A stretch of DNA of 64,000 nucleotides from assembly GCF_028641065.1 (NCBI RefSeq), contig NC_073402.1, forward strand, positions 8,804,001 through 8,868,000, given 5' to 3'. Positions 1 to 13,547 of the stretch are shown here, piece after piece. Source of the DNA: Leucoraja erinacea (taxonomy: Eukaryota). A program made the position numbers and the translations under genes. The notes under the pieces are model-generated. The model saw only the letters and a program-made list of their open reading frames with translations, made no database searches and had not been told where the DNA came from. Numbering within the stretch: position 1 is the stretch's first letter; each line of letters starts with the position of its first letter.

Positions 1-534
1 GTAAGTTTTCACACACACAGTAGTTGATATCTGGAAAGGGCTTCTCGAGGAGGTGGTGGAGGCAGTAACGGTAACAACATTTAAAAGGCATCTTAACAGG
101 AGAGAGATATAGCATTAATGCAGGAAAATGGGATTGGGAGCAGCAGAGAGAGGATGACAAAAAGTAAAGGAAGGAAATTACAGAGATCGAAATAAAAGGA
201 ATGTAAAAGAGAAGGAAGAATGATAAGAAAGGAAGTAAGAAGAAAAAATAAATAAGAAGAAAATAGATTAGAAAAGTTATAGTACATTAAGGGGGATGAC
301 TTGTAAAACTCTTGGGTACAACTCTTCAGAAACCAAAATGTGATGCAAATCATCTCCCCACCACACTTTATGACTTTGCCTCCATCTGGGCAATTGCTAC
401 CAGTTGCCAACTAGCTCACACCACACTGTCTCATGGGCATATGGCCTCCACAGGTAACCCCTGTATTGTGGGGACCAACCTCTAATCTGGAGGGTTTGAT
501 TCCAGGAAAGATTCACCAAGATGTTGCTGCCACT

Positions 535-1460
535 AGAGGGCATGGAAATGCTGCTGGGGTCCCTGGGTGAAAGTGAAGGAGGAGGTGTAGGGACAGGTGT
601 AACATCTATAGTTGCAGGGGTAAGTACCTGGGGTGGGGGGCAGTTTGGGTGAAAAGGGATGTGAACCGAGGAGTTGCGGAGGGAGCAGTCACTGTGGAAA
701 GCGGATAGGAGTGGGGACGGGAAGATGTGTTGGAAATGTCCAAGGATGATGTGTATGTTGGATGCGGTGGTTGGTGGGGTGGAAGGTGAGAAGCAGGGGA
801 ATTCTATCTTTAATCCATGTGGAGAGAGGGATGAGCACGAGCAGAACTGCAGGACACAGAGGAGACGCGGGTGAGGATCCATCCACAACAGCAGGGGGAA
901 ACTATGTTCACTATAGAAAGGATATCTCGAATGTCCGAGAGTGAAAAAGCGTCACCTTGGGAGCAGATGCAGCAGAGATGGAGAAATTGAGTGTAGGGGA
1001 TGGTGTCCTTACAAGAGACAGGATGAGATGAAATGTGACCCTTGTGGCTAAGGGGATCAGGGGGTATGGAGAGAAGGCAGGTACGGGATACTGAGTTGGA
1101 TGATCAGCCATGATCATATTGAATGGCGGTGCAGGCTCGAAGGGCCGAATGGCCTACTCCTGCACCTAATTTCTATGTTTCTATGAGGTGAAGATAACTG
1201 GGAGTCAGTGAGTTTATAGTAGACTTCTGTTGATAGTGATGGAAACAGATCAATAAAGGTGGGAGATGTGTCAGAGATGGTCCAAGGGAATTTATGTGGA
1301 GGGTAGAAGTTAGTGCCAAAGTTGATTAAATCAACAAGTTCTGCACAGATGCAGGAGGCAGCACCGATGCAGTCATTGATGTAGTGGGGAAATAGTGGAG
1401 AACGGTGCCTGTGTAGATTAGTGGAAGTTGCAGTTTAGATCCAGTTCCATTTTCTAAAGT
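535..1460 (-). mobile_element. Degenerate Penelope-like fragment with nested CR1/SINE tail (1040-1185)
   Basis: Translation PLLLTFHPTNHRIQHTHH...PVPTPIRF, typical of the Penelope RT-EN linker. Confidence 0.65.
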
Positions 1461-2560
1461 ATTGGCATTGGCTGTGGCTCCAGATTCTACAGCAGCATCT
1501 TCTACGAAAGGGAGGATCCTTCCAAGTCAAGAGTGTTTTATTGACTTTCCAGTGCAGAGGCAATTTAAGTTGTGAGTGTTTTCTACCTCGTGTTACAAGA
1601 GAGAGAAATGGCAGTCAGTCAGGCATATGTCTCGTATATCTTCATGCATACGAGAGAGAGAATCTGTTACAGGGAACAAAATGGGATAGACAAGTCTGAA
1701 GAACGGTTTTGGCCCGAAACGTTGCCTATTTCCTTCGCTCCATAGATGCTGCTGCACCCGCTGAGTTTCTCCAGTATTTCTGACATGGGATAGACAAGGT
1801 TGCTTTAAGAGTCAACATGGACTCAATGGGTCAATTGGCGTCAAATATTTTTGTTCTTGGATGTTCTAAATGTTTTAATGATTCTAGAATGGTCATCATT
1901 AAACATGTTCTTCTATATCATTACCCAAAGATCATGTGTGATATAGGCTGGTAGGCAACACATTTCATGTCAGAAAGTACAAGCATACTTGAAAAACATC
2001 TTTATCTTTGTAAATTATTACCCGATTTCCAAGTTCTCTTTTCCACCTAAAGCCCTTAATAGTTTTCACATCCCACAACGAATCCGTTCTTTCCTACAAC
2101 TATGCTTGAAACTCGCCAATTATGTTTCTGTATGTATGTAGTCTCACTGCTCTGTACAAGCTGTGACGATGCAGCCAACCTAAGGTCCACTCCAATCCTT
2201 GTTGCCAGCAGATGGGCCTGAAGAAGCCTACCAACAGTGCCTGGCTGCTGAAAACACTGGCTCTCTAGACTGAGCTAAGGCCAGTCAAGTGAGCCACAGC
2301 TGGATCCAATAAGTGGTTATGTGCACCGTGTAAGTCCTACTCCTTATAAACCCAGGAGTTCTAGCCAAAGAAGGGAGAGAATGCATGACGAAGTAAGAGG
2401 AAGAAAGGGGGAGTAAAAGACAGACCATTAATTATGCCACCTCAATGACGATGAAGGACTATGCCCCTGTTCGGACCTGGACTTTCTTGCCATTATTGTC
2501 TGTCTTTAGAAACAAACCATGTTATGCGAGTTCACCCAACTACAAGTGTCAGTGCAGTCA

Positions 2561-2696
2561 CTTCTTCTATCGTGTGGCGTGCACAGCCTAAATTTGTAGG
2601 ACAACTTGTTCTATTTGATCTTCCGTTTGTGTACGTCGAGTTGATTGCATTAGTCGAAACAGGGCGGACCACGTGAAGGTTGTAATCTTCCACCTC
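2561..2696 (-). mobile_element. Short retroelement family 1 copy (ribozyme domain 2643-2696)
   Basis: Same 5' end and 3' GAAGAAG tail; TSD AGTGCAGTC. Confidence 0.8.
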
Positions 2697-3779
2697 AGTG
2701 CAGTCTCTGTCAACCTGGCTTCAAAACCAATGCCACAACGCTTAGAAAGAAAAACATTTCATATGTAGTAAATTACTGATTCCTGGGGATCTATGGATCT
2801 AAACTCCATGTTCCACTGTTCCTCCACAGCACACCAATCCAGCACTAAAACCACTGTTTATTGCATATTCCATGTCCTTTTTGTCTCCTTGAATGCACTT
2901 CTCAGGATAATTTGATATCTAATTTCCCATCTTTTGTACTCCGCCTTGACTGATAGAAGCAAGCATCAAGTTAGCCTTCTTCAACATCCTATCCATGTGA
3001 AGCCGCTATCTGGGAGCAATGGACATGCATCCAGGATCCCTCTCTACATTATTTTTTCCAAAAATCATACCATTACTGTATCCTTTTATCTTGCATTTGA
3101 ACTCCCAAAATGCAATTCTTCCCACTTGTCTAAATTAACTCTATCTGCCATTTACCTGCCCAAATTTCCTACTGATCTTGCTCCTTTGGCTGCTCTACTT
3201 CCCGTCTCAAATAATTTTCACCATGGAAGCTTTGATGCATCTATCTGCTTTTCTGATGTTTCTATCAAACTAAGTATTGGTACCAAAATATTGTTTTCTT
3301 TTTCGCAAGCATCCTTCTTTCCCATCTCCTGTCTGGATTGCTCCTATCGTACTTTAGGCAGGTTCAGTATTTGAGGGGAGAGGTCTGACCAATTGGTTAC
3401 AACGTGAGTTTAATTGCCAAAAAACTAGTATATCGTTGGTCAAACATCAAAGTTCTGCAAATGAAGAAAATATTCTTAAAATGAGATAATGGATTTATTA
3501 GTAAGATAAATCTGTGTAAGTAGCATAAATTGATCTACAAATGTGGTGGAGGAACTCGGTGGGTCAGGCAACATCTGTGGAGGGAGGGAATGGGCGGCTG
3601 ATGTTTAGGGTCGGGACCCTTCCGCGCCTGCAGTTGTTTCTTTGCACGTTTCAAGTCGCTCTCCAGTTCCCGGTGGGAATTGCATTGTAACCGGCTCAGT
3701 CCGCGTAATGTAAACAGTGTTCCCTCATTGGCGTTATCACAGAACTACCTGCAATTAGTGTGTCCTGGTGTCCAGGCCC

Positions 3780-4180
3780 AGTCTCGGCAGCAACTCCCCG
3801 CCGTGGAGCCGCCCGTCACTCCGGCAACGCACCCGGCCGGCAAGCAAGTCACCCCGGCAACCGCCCCGCCCGTCCGTCACCCCGACAAAGCCCCGCCCCG
3901 CCCTCCGTCACCCCGGCAACGCCTCGCCCGTCACCGCTATCGCCCCGCCCCGCACCCCGTCACCGCTATCGCCCCGCCCCGCACCCCGGCAACGCGATCG
4001 CCCCGCCCGTCACCCCGGCAACGCGATCGCCCCGCCCCGCACCCCGGCAACGCGATCGCCCCGCCCGTCACCCCGGCAACGCGATCGCCCCGCCCGTCAC
4101 CCCAGCAACGGCACCGCCCGTCACTCCATCTGTCGGGCGCGGCCTGATGACGTGTCGGGCGCGCTGCCGCTGACGCGGGG
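3780..4180. promoter_or_regulatory. CpG-island promoter of MRPS15 with tandem 29-30 bp repeats carrying RFX X-boxes and GC boxes
   Basis: Very GC/CpG-rich. Repeated unit CACCCCGGCAACGCGATCGCCCCGCCC(GT/CG). GTCACCCCGGCAAC matches GTNRCC-NN-RGYAAC. CRE-like TGACG at 4148 and 4171, just upstream of the ATG at 4181. Confidence 0.75.
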
Positions 4181-4280
4181 ATGCTGCGGAGGGCGGTGTG
4201 CGCGCTGCTGGAGCCCGGGGCTCGCGGCCTCCTCCTCGGCTGGAGCAGGGCGGCGGCCCCCGGGCCTGGATGGCGACTGG
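4181..4280 (+). CDS. MRPS15: Mitochondrial ribosomal protein S15, coding exon 1 (mitochondrial targeting peptide)
   Basis: ATG at 4181 encodes MLRRAVCALLEPGARGLLLGWSRAAAPGPGWRL (Arg/Leu/Ala-rich). GT donor at 4281, phase 1, compatible with the next exon. Confidence 0.75.
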
Positions 4281-4579
4281 GTCAGGCTGCGGGGCGACCC
4301 GGGGACGGGGGGGGGCCGAGGATGGGGTAGAGAGGGGAATCCGCCCTTGGGAGAAATCCCAGCGATGGGAAAGGGCGGGTAGGACAAAGCCAGAGACCTG
4401 GGGGGTCGAGGGGAGGGATCCAGGGAGGCGGGAACCTGAGGGAGGAAACCCGGCTGGGGAGGTGTTGGAGCGAGGAGGGAGGTAGGTTGGCAGTGACGGG
4501 GGGGGGGTTGGATAACCCGGGGATGGCGGCCGGTGCTGGGGGCTGACAAGCCCACTGACGTTCCCCGTGTCTGTTGCAG

Positions 4580-4636
4580 GTGCGGGGTGGGAGCCGGCCG
4601 GCTGTCGCTATGCTGCGGTGTCGAGGAGGACACCAG
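4580..4636 (+). CDS. MRPS15: MRPS15 exon 2
   Basis: ttgcag acceptor and GTGAGT donor; GAGWEPAGCRYAAVSRRTP; phase 1-1. Confidence 0.75.
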
Positions 4637-5681
4637 GTGAGTGCAGCTCAGCGCTGGGGGAGCAGCTGAGTTTGTGACCTCCCTCAGAGAACCCTGGCTC
4701 CTGTGTTAGCTCCAAGGGGAAAGGCCTGACACTGACTGGCAGACAGAGCGAGAAGCAAAATATCACAGTGGCGCAGGGCCGTAGTGGAGGAGCAAGCGGG
4801 AAAGTAATAGTGGTGGGATTTAATGGTTGGAGGAACGCACTGGTGATGCTGTGATCAGAGGTGTGACTACAAGGTGATAAGTCACCTCCCAAATGCCAGG
4901 GCAAAAGAGCAGATTGAATGGTTGTGAGGGAGTGGGTGAAGAACTAAATTGTGGTTCATGTTAGTACCAATGACAAGGGTTGAAGGAAGGGAAGAATTAA
5001 GTCTCTGCAGCAGATTTTAGGAAGTTGGAAAAGGTATTATAAAACACAGGACCTCAAAGGTTGGGATTGCTCCCAGTTGCACATGTTAACAAGTACAGGA
5101 AAAAGAGAATAGGGCAAATGAATGTACAAGCTGGAGTGCGGGCTCTCTAATTATGAGCCTTTGGGACTGTGGTTGGGGCAGGTAGGACCTCGATGTGAGC
5201 AGGACCAGTATCCCCGCGGGTTTGTTAATGTTTTTGTGAAGGGTTTAAACTTGGCTGAGGAATGGGAACGTGACAGGAGAACCAGGATGGAGGGAAACAG
5301 AGTGCAGGTGCTGGCATCGTGAGCAAAATGCAAAGTGCTGGAGGAACTCAAAGGGTCAGGCAGAATCTTTGGATCGGATGGACTGATGACATTTTGGGTT
5401 GGGACTGTGCTTCAGATTGAATGGAAAGAACACTAGGAAGTGGAGAGACTGTGGGATTAAAGAGGGTTGCGTAGCAACGGGGGCAGAACATTTCCACCTG
5501 GTGATATGATGGAAACATTTTCAATGGGAAGTTTTACAAGGTTATAGTTACAGGAGAACTGTAGAATAAGGACGGCTGAGTGGACTAATTCAGTGTTTAC
5601 AAAGTTTGTACATGCATGATTGTTTTCTGTGTAATTGAATGAAGTCTCAGTGCTCTTCAATGTAACATTTTTCTTTGATAG

Positions 5682-5757
5682 AATTTCCCAGCCAGTTGGA
5701 TGATCTGTCCCCAACTATGTTGAAGAAAAACTACCGAGATGTGGCGGTTGTGAGCAA
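5682..5757 (+). CDS. MRPS15: MRPS15 exon 3
   Basis: AG/GT bounded; EFPSQLDDLSPTMLKKNYRDVAVVSK resembles vertebrate MRPS15 SRLDDDPPPSTLLKDY. Confidence 0.9.
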
Positions 5758-7536
5758 GTACGTGGCTTGTTCCAACACCTTTCTGTCTAGCAGAATCTGA
5801 AACAAAGTGAGAGCTGTTAGGGGCCAGCATGTACTTGTAAATGGAGGGCTGCTGCCAACTGTCATCAAGTGGCTGAGAACTAAGCAACTTCTGCTGAAGC
5901 ATAGCTCTTAAACCCGGTAGACACAAGAGACTGCAGATGTTGTTTAACGAAAAAAACAAAACAAAATGTTGAAGTAATTCAACAGCTCGGGCAGCATCTC
6001 TGGAGAATATGGATTGGTGAGGTTTCAGGTCGGGATTCTTTTTGTCAGAGACATTTTGGTGGGGGATGGGGGGAGAAAGCTGAGAGAAGGGGCAGGACAA
6101 AGCCTGGTGAATGCTGGGGGAATTGATGATTAGACAAAGGACAGAGATGAAAAGATGTGAGATAAGGATAGAAGGTGCGAATTGTGAAGCCAGTGGAAGG
6201 AATTATAGATTGATGGGAAGGCTGGAAATGGGTGCAAGTCCAGGTGGGGCACAGCGGAAAGGAGGGGAAGAAGAAATGAAAATAAAGATTTCAATAAATG
6301 GTTCTCCTAAAATTGGATGATTCATTGTTCATACTGTTAGGTTATAAGCTATCAATAGCTTGGAATATAAAATGCTGTTCCTCTAGATTGCGCGTGTGGT
6401 CACTGGTAATGGAAGACCCAGAACAGAACGGTCAGTGCAGATATGAAAATGTAGTTAAAATGGTTTGCAACCGGGAGATCCAGCAGGCCTGACTAATAAT
6501 TGCTGAGTCTATGCTTGATCTTGCCGATGTAATTGCCGATGTAATGGAGGGTGGGAGGAAGTGTAGTACTAAAGAAAGAGGACATCTTGAATGTCCTAGA
6601 ATTAAAAAAAAAAAATATTAACTGATCCCACTGTTCACAATGGGATTTCCACAATTATCTGAACTACACTGCCTCCTTTTGCATAGACTCTCCCCTGAAC
6701 TTACCTGCAAAAGTGTGCTGCATAAGACCCTGATGTGTTTGTTTGCAGCCAAGTCGAGATGCCTTTTGGGAATCTCCTTCAGTGTTTCCCAGCCATCAGC
6801 TCAGTTTAACGTCCCTTTTGACACCCACAGTGTTACATTACAGTTCAATCAGTCAAGTCTTTACAAAAGTGCTGCCATATTTAAATTAGGCTGAGTGTTA
6901 AAAAGTAAACACTTTAATGTATTTTTGTTGGCTGTTGTTTTAATTTAAAGTTGTCACTACTTATTTGAACCCGGGCCTGTTTATTTTAGACAGTTTGAAT
7001 ACATTGATCAGGTTCTGAACAAAACAAACTTTCAAACCATTGAAGAATATTGTGCTGAGAAAGAGGAAATCCTTACCTGGTATTTTGAATATCAAATTGC
7101 CAAATACTGGGTATAGAATTCTACTGAATGGGAGCCCATTTGTTTTTTAACCCCTGCATTACAGAATGGATGAATTGCTGTGGTTGCTCTGTCTGAGTGA
7201 GTTGGTGCATTTGAGGAAAGCTCTTCAAACGGGGGGGAGTGAGTCTGGGAGTGAGGATACACAGAATGTGGTTACTGAGTGAAGTGTTACTGAGTGGGGC
7301 TTTGGAAAATGCGGATGAACATTGAGGGAGATGGAGAAAACATTTGTTCATGAGCAGGAATGTTGCACGTCAAGCCACTTGCTCATCTGGCCTGTTATAT
7401 ATCATTACTGAGCCAGGAAGCAGATGCTGACAGAATTGGAATGATGTGCAGGAGGGCAAAGAAGGAAGCGGGGCAGGAATATAAAGGCTTTGGCCCTAAC
7501 TCTTGTATGTAAGGACTATGATGTGTTTTTCTACAG

Positions 7537-7585
7537 GACTGATGACGTGGTTCAAAGATTGTTGTCACTGGAAATGGCAAGTCAT
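7537..7585 (+). CDS. MRPS15: MRPS15 exon 4
   Basis: ctacag acceptor, GTAAGT donor; TDDVVQRLLSLEMASH. Confidence 0.93.
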
Positions 7586-8410
7586 GTAAGTCCTTCCCAT
7601 TTTTGGATTGTGTTTAAGAAAAGCACTGTGGCTGGCATTCCAAAAGCGAAGACACAAGAGACTGCAGATGCTTAAATCTTAGGCAAAAGTTTAGTTTTAG
7701 TTTAGTTTATTGGCACGTGTACCGAGGTACCAGTGAAAAGCTTTTGTTGAGAGCTAACCAGTCACGAAGCACTGAAGCAATCAGTGGGTCAGGGAGCATT
7801 TAGATGACATTTCTAGTCAGGTGATTCAGGGCTGAATATAGAGAAGGAGACTGAATGTGTAACTGTTAAATAATGGTGAAAGAATATGGGGAGAGTGGAG
7901 AGGAAGATGATAACATCACAAGCCCCAGATCACTACAGTTGACTGACTTGGCTAAAGGCTACAGATGTTACTGGAAAACCTTCAAAGATGGATGGAAATA
8001 GAACGTTGGAGAGGACTGACGAGACTGTGATGATGGTTGTCATGTTATTAGTTTCAGAAAGGAGAGAAAGTTTAAGATTTTGCACTGAATATTGTGTATT
8101 TCCACTATCCTTGTGTGATCATGGAACATTTTAGGCAAGTTGTGAAAAGATGCTGCCTAACAAAACTAATTAATATCTTGCAATAGCATCTTGAACTTAG
8201 TAACGGCCTGACTATTGATGAGAGTTTAATCACATATGTCCAGTGTATACAGTCACGGGGCCGACAGTTCTCAGGAGTACTCCTTCCAGAGATTCTCACT
8301 GTGGATAGGGTGAAAGGGCAGGGTTAGCCTTTATTTCCTCCTCGTGCTGTTGACTCTGCTTTGACCCTTCTACTGGTACAGATTTGATTGTGTGACTGAC
8401 TCACTTTTAG

Positions 8411-8495
8411 AGAGAGAAGCTGCAGCTGAAAACCAGCCTTCTGGTGGAGAAGGTGCGGAGGAGTCCCATTGACGTTGGTTCCACGGAAGTCCAAA
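8411..8495 (+). CDS. MRPS15: MRPS15 exon 5
   Basis: ttttag acceptor, GTGAGT donor; REKLQLKTSLLVEKVRRSPIDVGSTEVQ, with the S15 D.GS.EVQ motif. Confidence 0.93.
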
Positions 8496-9699
8496 GTGAG
8501 TGCTTTTTATTTTGCCTTCCACTAGCATTTCAACCACTAACAATAGCTCAGGACACAGGTGAAGCAGGACTATTGCTGTTCCTTGACATCAGCTCCATTT
8601 CCCTACCCAATCACTATTTCCCAGACATGACTGTGCCAAATAAACTCTGTGTCTCCATACCCAAAGCCCTCTGGGGATAGAGAATTATAAAATAAAACCC
8701 TCTGTGTAAAAGCATCTAAAAGCGCGACTCCTTATCCTAATCTGTCTCCCATTTTAATTTCTGCATTCAGGATACAGCCTATCAGATTCCACCCTGTCAA
8801 ATGTCTTAAAAACCTTATTAGTTTCAATTAAATTTCATGTAATTTTATTGAACTCCACACAATTTTGCATTTAAAAACAGAAAATGTTGGAAACACTCAA
8901 CAGGTCAGGCAGCATCTGTGGAGAGAAAAACGTTCAACATCTCGGGTCAGAGACCCTTCATCAAAGATTGGGAAAAATAAATTTGAAGAATTTAAAATTG
9001 CAGGGGAGGCTGAGAGGGATGGAGGGGTGACATGTTTAAATCCACTACAGGCGAATGGGGAGTTAGGTGATAATGTGTCATTGTCTCCACTATGTGTTAC
9101 CACGGCAGAGATACAGGACATGCCCAGCATATCAGGCTGTGCTAATGGAGAGAGAATCACTGGGTTAATGTTGCAGGTGGACAAGTTTCCGCAGTAATGG
9201 CCAGTTGTGATGTCCATGGAGGAAGTAAGTTGTTCTGGTTCAGCCTTTCCAGAGGGCCGTAAATATTTGGAATTTACTGCATACGATACCAATCAGTTGC
9301 TGAGTGTAAGTACTCTCCACAGGTCAATAGAGTTATTGTTTATTATTGGGAAGGATGCCGAGGAAAGGCCGAGTCGTGTTTCTGGCGGAGAAGAGGGGCA
9401 GAGGGCCTTGGTCTACTATTGTTCCGTGTCAGTGAAGCATGCTCAGAGTATAGGCAATAAAAATGAACACCCATTGAATTATTGTTTTGGTGTATGCCGG
9501 GGCATAAAAAACACATCGCAAAATCTGTTTAAATTTAAGAGGATTGGTTGAGTCAGTGCTGCATTGGCTGAATAAGTGGGTTTCAGTGTCTGAGCAGAAG
9601 TAGCAGATTTCAAAAGAGCTGCTAAATTGGTTGATTGAGTCTATTCCAAGGTTGAAGCAGCAGCAGCAGGACATTTCAAAGGGCAGCCGGTGGATGGGT

Positions 9700-11770
9700 T
9701 TAGTGATAAAAATTAGCTAATTTCGCAGTCAATAAAAATAAGGCAAGTTGTAGCAGAGCACCTTATTAGGAGAGACCTGAGTGGTGAGTGAGGATGTGCT
9801 GTGTGGAGGGGAAGGGTAATGTCAAGCAGAGCCATAGCAGTAGGAGTCTCATTAGTTCGGAGGCAGACAGGGGATTCTGTGACAACAATTGAGACTCCAG
9901 GGTGGAGTTCTTGATGCCAGGGTCCAGGATGTCTCGGAGTGGCTGCATGACATCCTCAAGGAGGACGGGGAGCCACCAGAAGACATTGTTCACGTTGGCA
10001 CAAATGACATAGGAAAATAGACAATAGGTGCAGGAGTAGGCCATTCGACCCTTCGAGCCAGCACAGCCATTCAATGTGATCATGGCTGATCATCCACAAT
10101 CAGTACCCTGTTCCTGGCTTTTCCCTATATCACCTGACTGCTATCTTCAAGAGCCCTATCTAGCTCTATCTTGAAAGTATCCAGAGAACCAGCCTCCACC
10201 GCCCTCTGAGGGAGAGAATTCCACAGATAACTCTCTGTGTGAAAAAGTGTTTCCTCATCTCCGTTCTAAATGGCTTGCCCCTTATTCTTAAACTGTGACC
10301 CCTGGTTCTGGACTCCCCCAACATCGGGAACATGTTTCCTGCCACTAGCCTGTCCAAACCATTAATAATCTTATATGTTTCAATAAGATTCCCTCTCATC
10401 CTTTTAAATTCTAGAGTATACAAGCCCAGCCGCTCCATTCTCTCAGATTATGACGCCATCCTGGGAATTATCCTTGTGAACCTATGCTACACTCCCTCAA
10501 TAGCAAGAATGTCCTTCCTCAAATTTTGGAGACCAAAACTGCACACAATACACCAGGTGTGGTCTCACTAGGGCTCTGTACAACTGCAGAAGGGCAGATA
10601 AATGCATGGCTGAGGTGTTGGTGCATGGATTCAAATTTCTGGACCATTAGGATCTCTTCTGGTGTAGAGATGACCCGTACAAGAGGGATGAAAGGGAACC
10701 AATATCCTGGTAGGCAGATTTGCTAGCACTACTCAGAAGAGTTTAAACCACATTGGCAGGGGGAGTGTTGGATTGAATTGCATTTATTTTACTGAGAGGC
10801 CTGACAAGCAAGGCGGATGAACTCACGATGTGAGTAGGTATGTGTGACAGGGACAGTGTAGCCATTACGGAAACCTGGCTGAGAGAGGGACAGGGCTGGC
10901 AAATATCCCAAAGTACAGGTGCTAGAGGTGCGGGTAAAGAGGAGTTGCTTTATTGATCAAGGAGAATGTCACAGCAATGGTTCAAGGTGACATTACTGAT
11001 GGTTCGTCCTGTGAGGCTATATGGGTGGAGCTGAAAAATAAAACGGGGATGATCTGTTTGCTGGGAGTGTACTATAGGCCCTCAAATAGTCAACGGGAAT
11101 TAGAACATCAAATATTCCAGAAGATTGCAGGCTAAGACTAATAAGGTTGTCATAGTAGGGGAATTAACTTTCCCAATAAAGACAGGGACTGTATTAAGAT
11201 AGACAAATCTCCTGGGCCTGATCATATATATCCAAGGATACTGTTGAAAGCCAGGCAAGAAATTGTATGCGCCGTGGCTGTTGTATATGAATCATCATTA
11301 GACATGGGTGAGGTGCTGGAAGACTGGATATGAATTTGGATAGACGGGCTAATTAGAGATAGCCAGTGTGGTTGTGTACGTGGGAGATTGTGTCTTACGA
11401 ATCTGATTGAGTTTTTTTTAAGAAGTAAGCAGTAAAGCTGTTGAGGGCCAAGCCATCTATATGGACTTCAGCAAGGCATTTGATTAGGTTTAGTGTGGTA
11501 GGTTGCTCGAGAAGGTTAGATCGCATGGGTTCTTGGGTCAGCTAGCCAATTGGATAAAGAATTGGCTTCATGGAAGGAAGCCGTGGGTGATGGTGACAGG
11601 TATTTTTTTGAACCGGTGGTCTGTGTCTAGTTGTGTGCCTCTAGTTCATTGCTGGGCCCATTGCTGCTTATGGTTTATATCAACAATGTTGATTAGAATG
11701 TAGAAGGCCTGATTAGTGGCCAACACGGGCAAGTTGGGTCAAAGGGACTGTTGCTGGGCCTTATGGCGCT
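9700..11770. mobile_element. Nested CR1 fragments in MRPS15 intron 5
   Basis: Minus-strand CR1 3' end (10015-10590) within plus-strand CR1 ORF1/EN/RT remnants (EAIWVEL..GVYYRP). Confidence 0.75.
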
Positions 11771-12458
11771 TTGATTCAGACCAATTGCAACAGAGGGGTT
11801 TAATATAATCTTCTGGCCCATAATGTCTGTGCCGAAAACGATAGCAACTGCTTATTCATGTACCCATCTAAAAACCTCTTAAATAGCTCTACTGTATCTG
11901 CCCTGGCATTGTTATGGTACGCCATGTCTGACTCGGGATTGAATTATTTCTTGATGTGGTAACAGCCAGAGTTGGTGAGAGCAATGATGCACCTTGCACT
12001 GATTTTAGCAAAGCTTTTGATAAGGTCCCACATGACAGGTTAGTCAAAAAGGAACCCAAAGGACAGAGATAGATGGTGGTGTTTGGAGTTCACCAAACCC
12101 CCGAGTGGTTCTGTGTGGGATGTGCTGCAAGTGTCCAGCAGGGCCTGCAGCATCTGTGGAGAGAAAAGCAGATTTGATGTCTCTAGTTGATTATCTTGGT
12201 GCTAGAGTTTCCTCCCATGTCCCTGCTTTAGCCCCTTTCTGTATTCTGTAACAGACTCTGAAAAAGCTAAACCTAGGGGACAAGCTAAACTGTAGGCAAT
12301 CTGAAACATAAATGTGATGATGCAGCTGCCGAGTGTTTCTACTGTTATCTTTTAACTTCAGACTAGCAGCACTTGATTATTTGGCCCCTTGCCCACAGGG
12401 TGAAGTGTAGGGTGGGTCATGTGTTAAATTACCCACCTTTCTCTCTTCCTTTCCACAG

Positions 12459-12517
12459 TTGCCATCCTAACAGCAAAAATTCGGAATTACCAAGAGCACC
12501 TGCAGCTCCACAGAAAG
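12459..12517 (+). CDS. MRPS15: MRPS15 exon 6
   Basis: Pyrimidine tract plus cag acceptor; IAILTAKIRNYQEHLQLHRK; GT donor. Confidence 0.93.
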
Positions 12518-13355
12518 GTGTGTACATCGGAGTTCCACTGCATCTTTGTGCAGACACATCCGTACTTTCTGTATTAACAAATGTCACAAATCGTTCCTGC
12601 TGCCTGTTGTTAAATAGTTGTTACTTTGACAATTTTGGCTGCATACTATTGCAGACATCCTCCTTTTCCTTCCCGCCAACTCTGCAATTTAAAAATAGCC
12701 TGCCTTCCCTCTTTTCCCATTCTAATTTTCCTTCCCACTCTGCTCCCTCTGACTGTGTATGAAGGAACAGCAGATGCTGGTTTAAACTGAAGATAGACAC
12801 AAAATACTGGAGTAACTCAGCGGGACAGGCACTAAGAAGAAGTCTCGGCCCGAAACATCACCCATTCCTTCTCTCCAGAGATGCTGCCGGTCCCACTGAG
12901 TTTACTCCAGCATTTTGTGTTAATCTACTCCCTTTGTTCTCAGCCTCCTATTTTGCTCAATGTCAACTCTTTTTCTCTCCCTTAATGAATATGACCATGA
13001 CAATGAATGCCACTGAGTTCTGCCTCGCTTACTCTCCACGTGTGCATCTCCCAATAATGTAGGAGAGGAACAGGCCACATAGATCAACCAATAACCCCAT
13101 TAATGCATCCATCTCTGCGTATTCCCATTGCCCTGTGCTCTCTAAACATGGTCATTGTGTGGCTTTTGTCCTACTGTCTTACGCGGAGCTAAAGGGAGCA
13201 CTCTCCCATTTATGCCCATTGAACAGAAGACAGAGGCTGAACGGTTCCCCTCCTTTCCAATCTTGTTAGCTGACCTAATGTTGGAGGCAATGTTTGGGCC
13301 TCTGATAGTTACACAACCCAGTATCCAGTGTTCATTCTCGTTTCCACTTGGCCAG

Positions 13356-13547
13356 GATAAGACCAACAAACGTTACATGTTGCTGGCAATCGACAGACGG
13401 AAGAAGCTGCTCAAGTACCTCCGGCGGACACGCTACGAGGTCTTCGAGAATGTCTGCACACAGCTGGGTGTTCAGTATACCTTTCCCCCTGAGTATTACA
13501 GGAAGGCAACACAGCGATGGGTTGCCAAGAAGGCTTTGTGCTTAAAG
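13356..13547 (+). CDS. MRPS15: MRPS15 exon 7
   Basis: DKTNKRYMLLAIDRRKKLLKYLRRTRYEVFENVCTQLGVQYTFPPEYYRKATQRWVAKKALCLK, the S15 core; AG/GT bounded. Confidence 0.96.

Noticed and set aside
3222-3328. Minus-strand ATG exon MGKKDACEKENNILVPILSL...
   Set aside because: Its phase is incompatible with the 2093-1989 candidate exon; weak splice sites; adjoins a CR1 remnant.
3815-4125. CRISPR-like repeat array
   Set aside because: Head-to-tail tandem units with no unique spacers, in a eukaryotic context with no cas genes.
3680-4633. Long Pro/Arg-rich ORFs in several frames
   Set aside because: By-products of the GC-rich promoter minisatellite and CpG island; the real coding start is 4181 with splicing.
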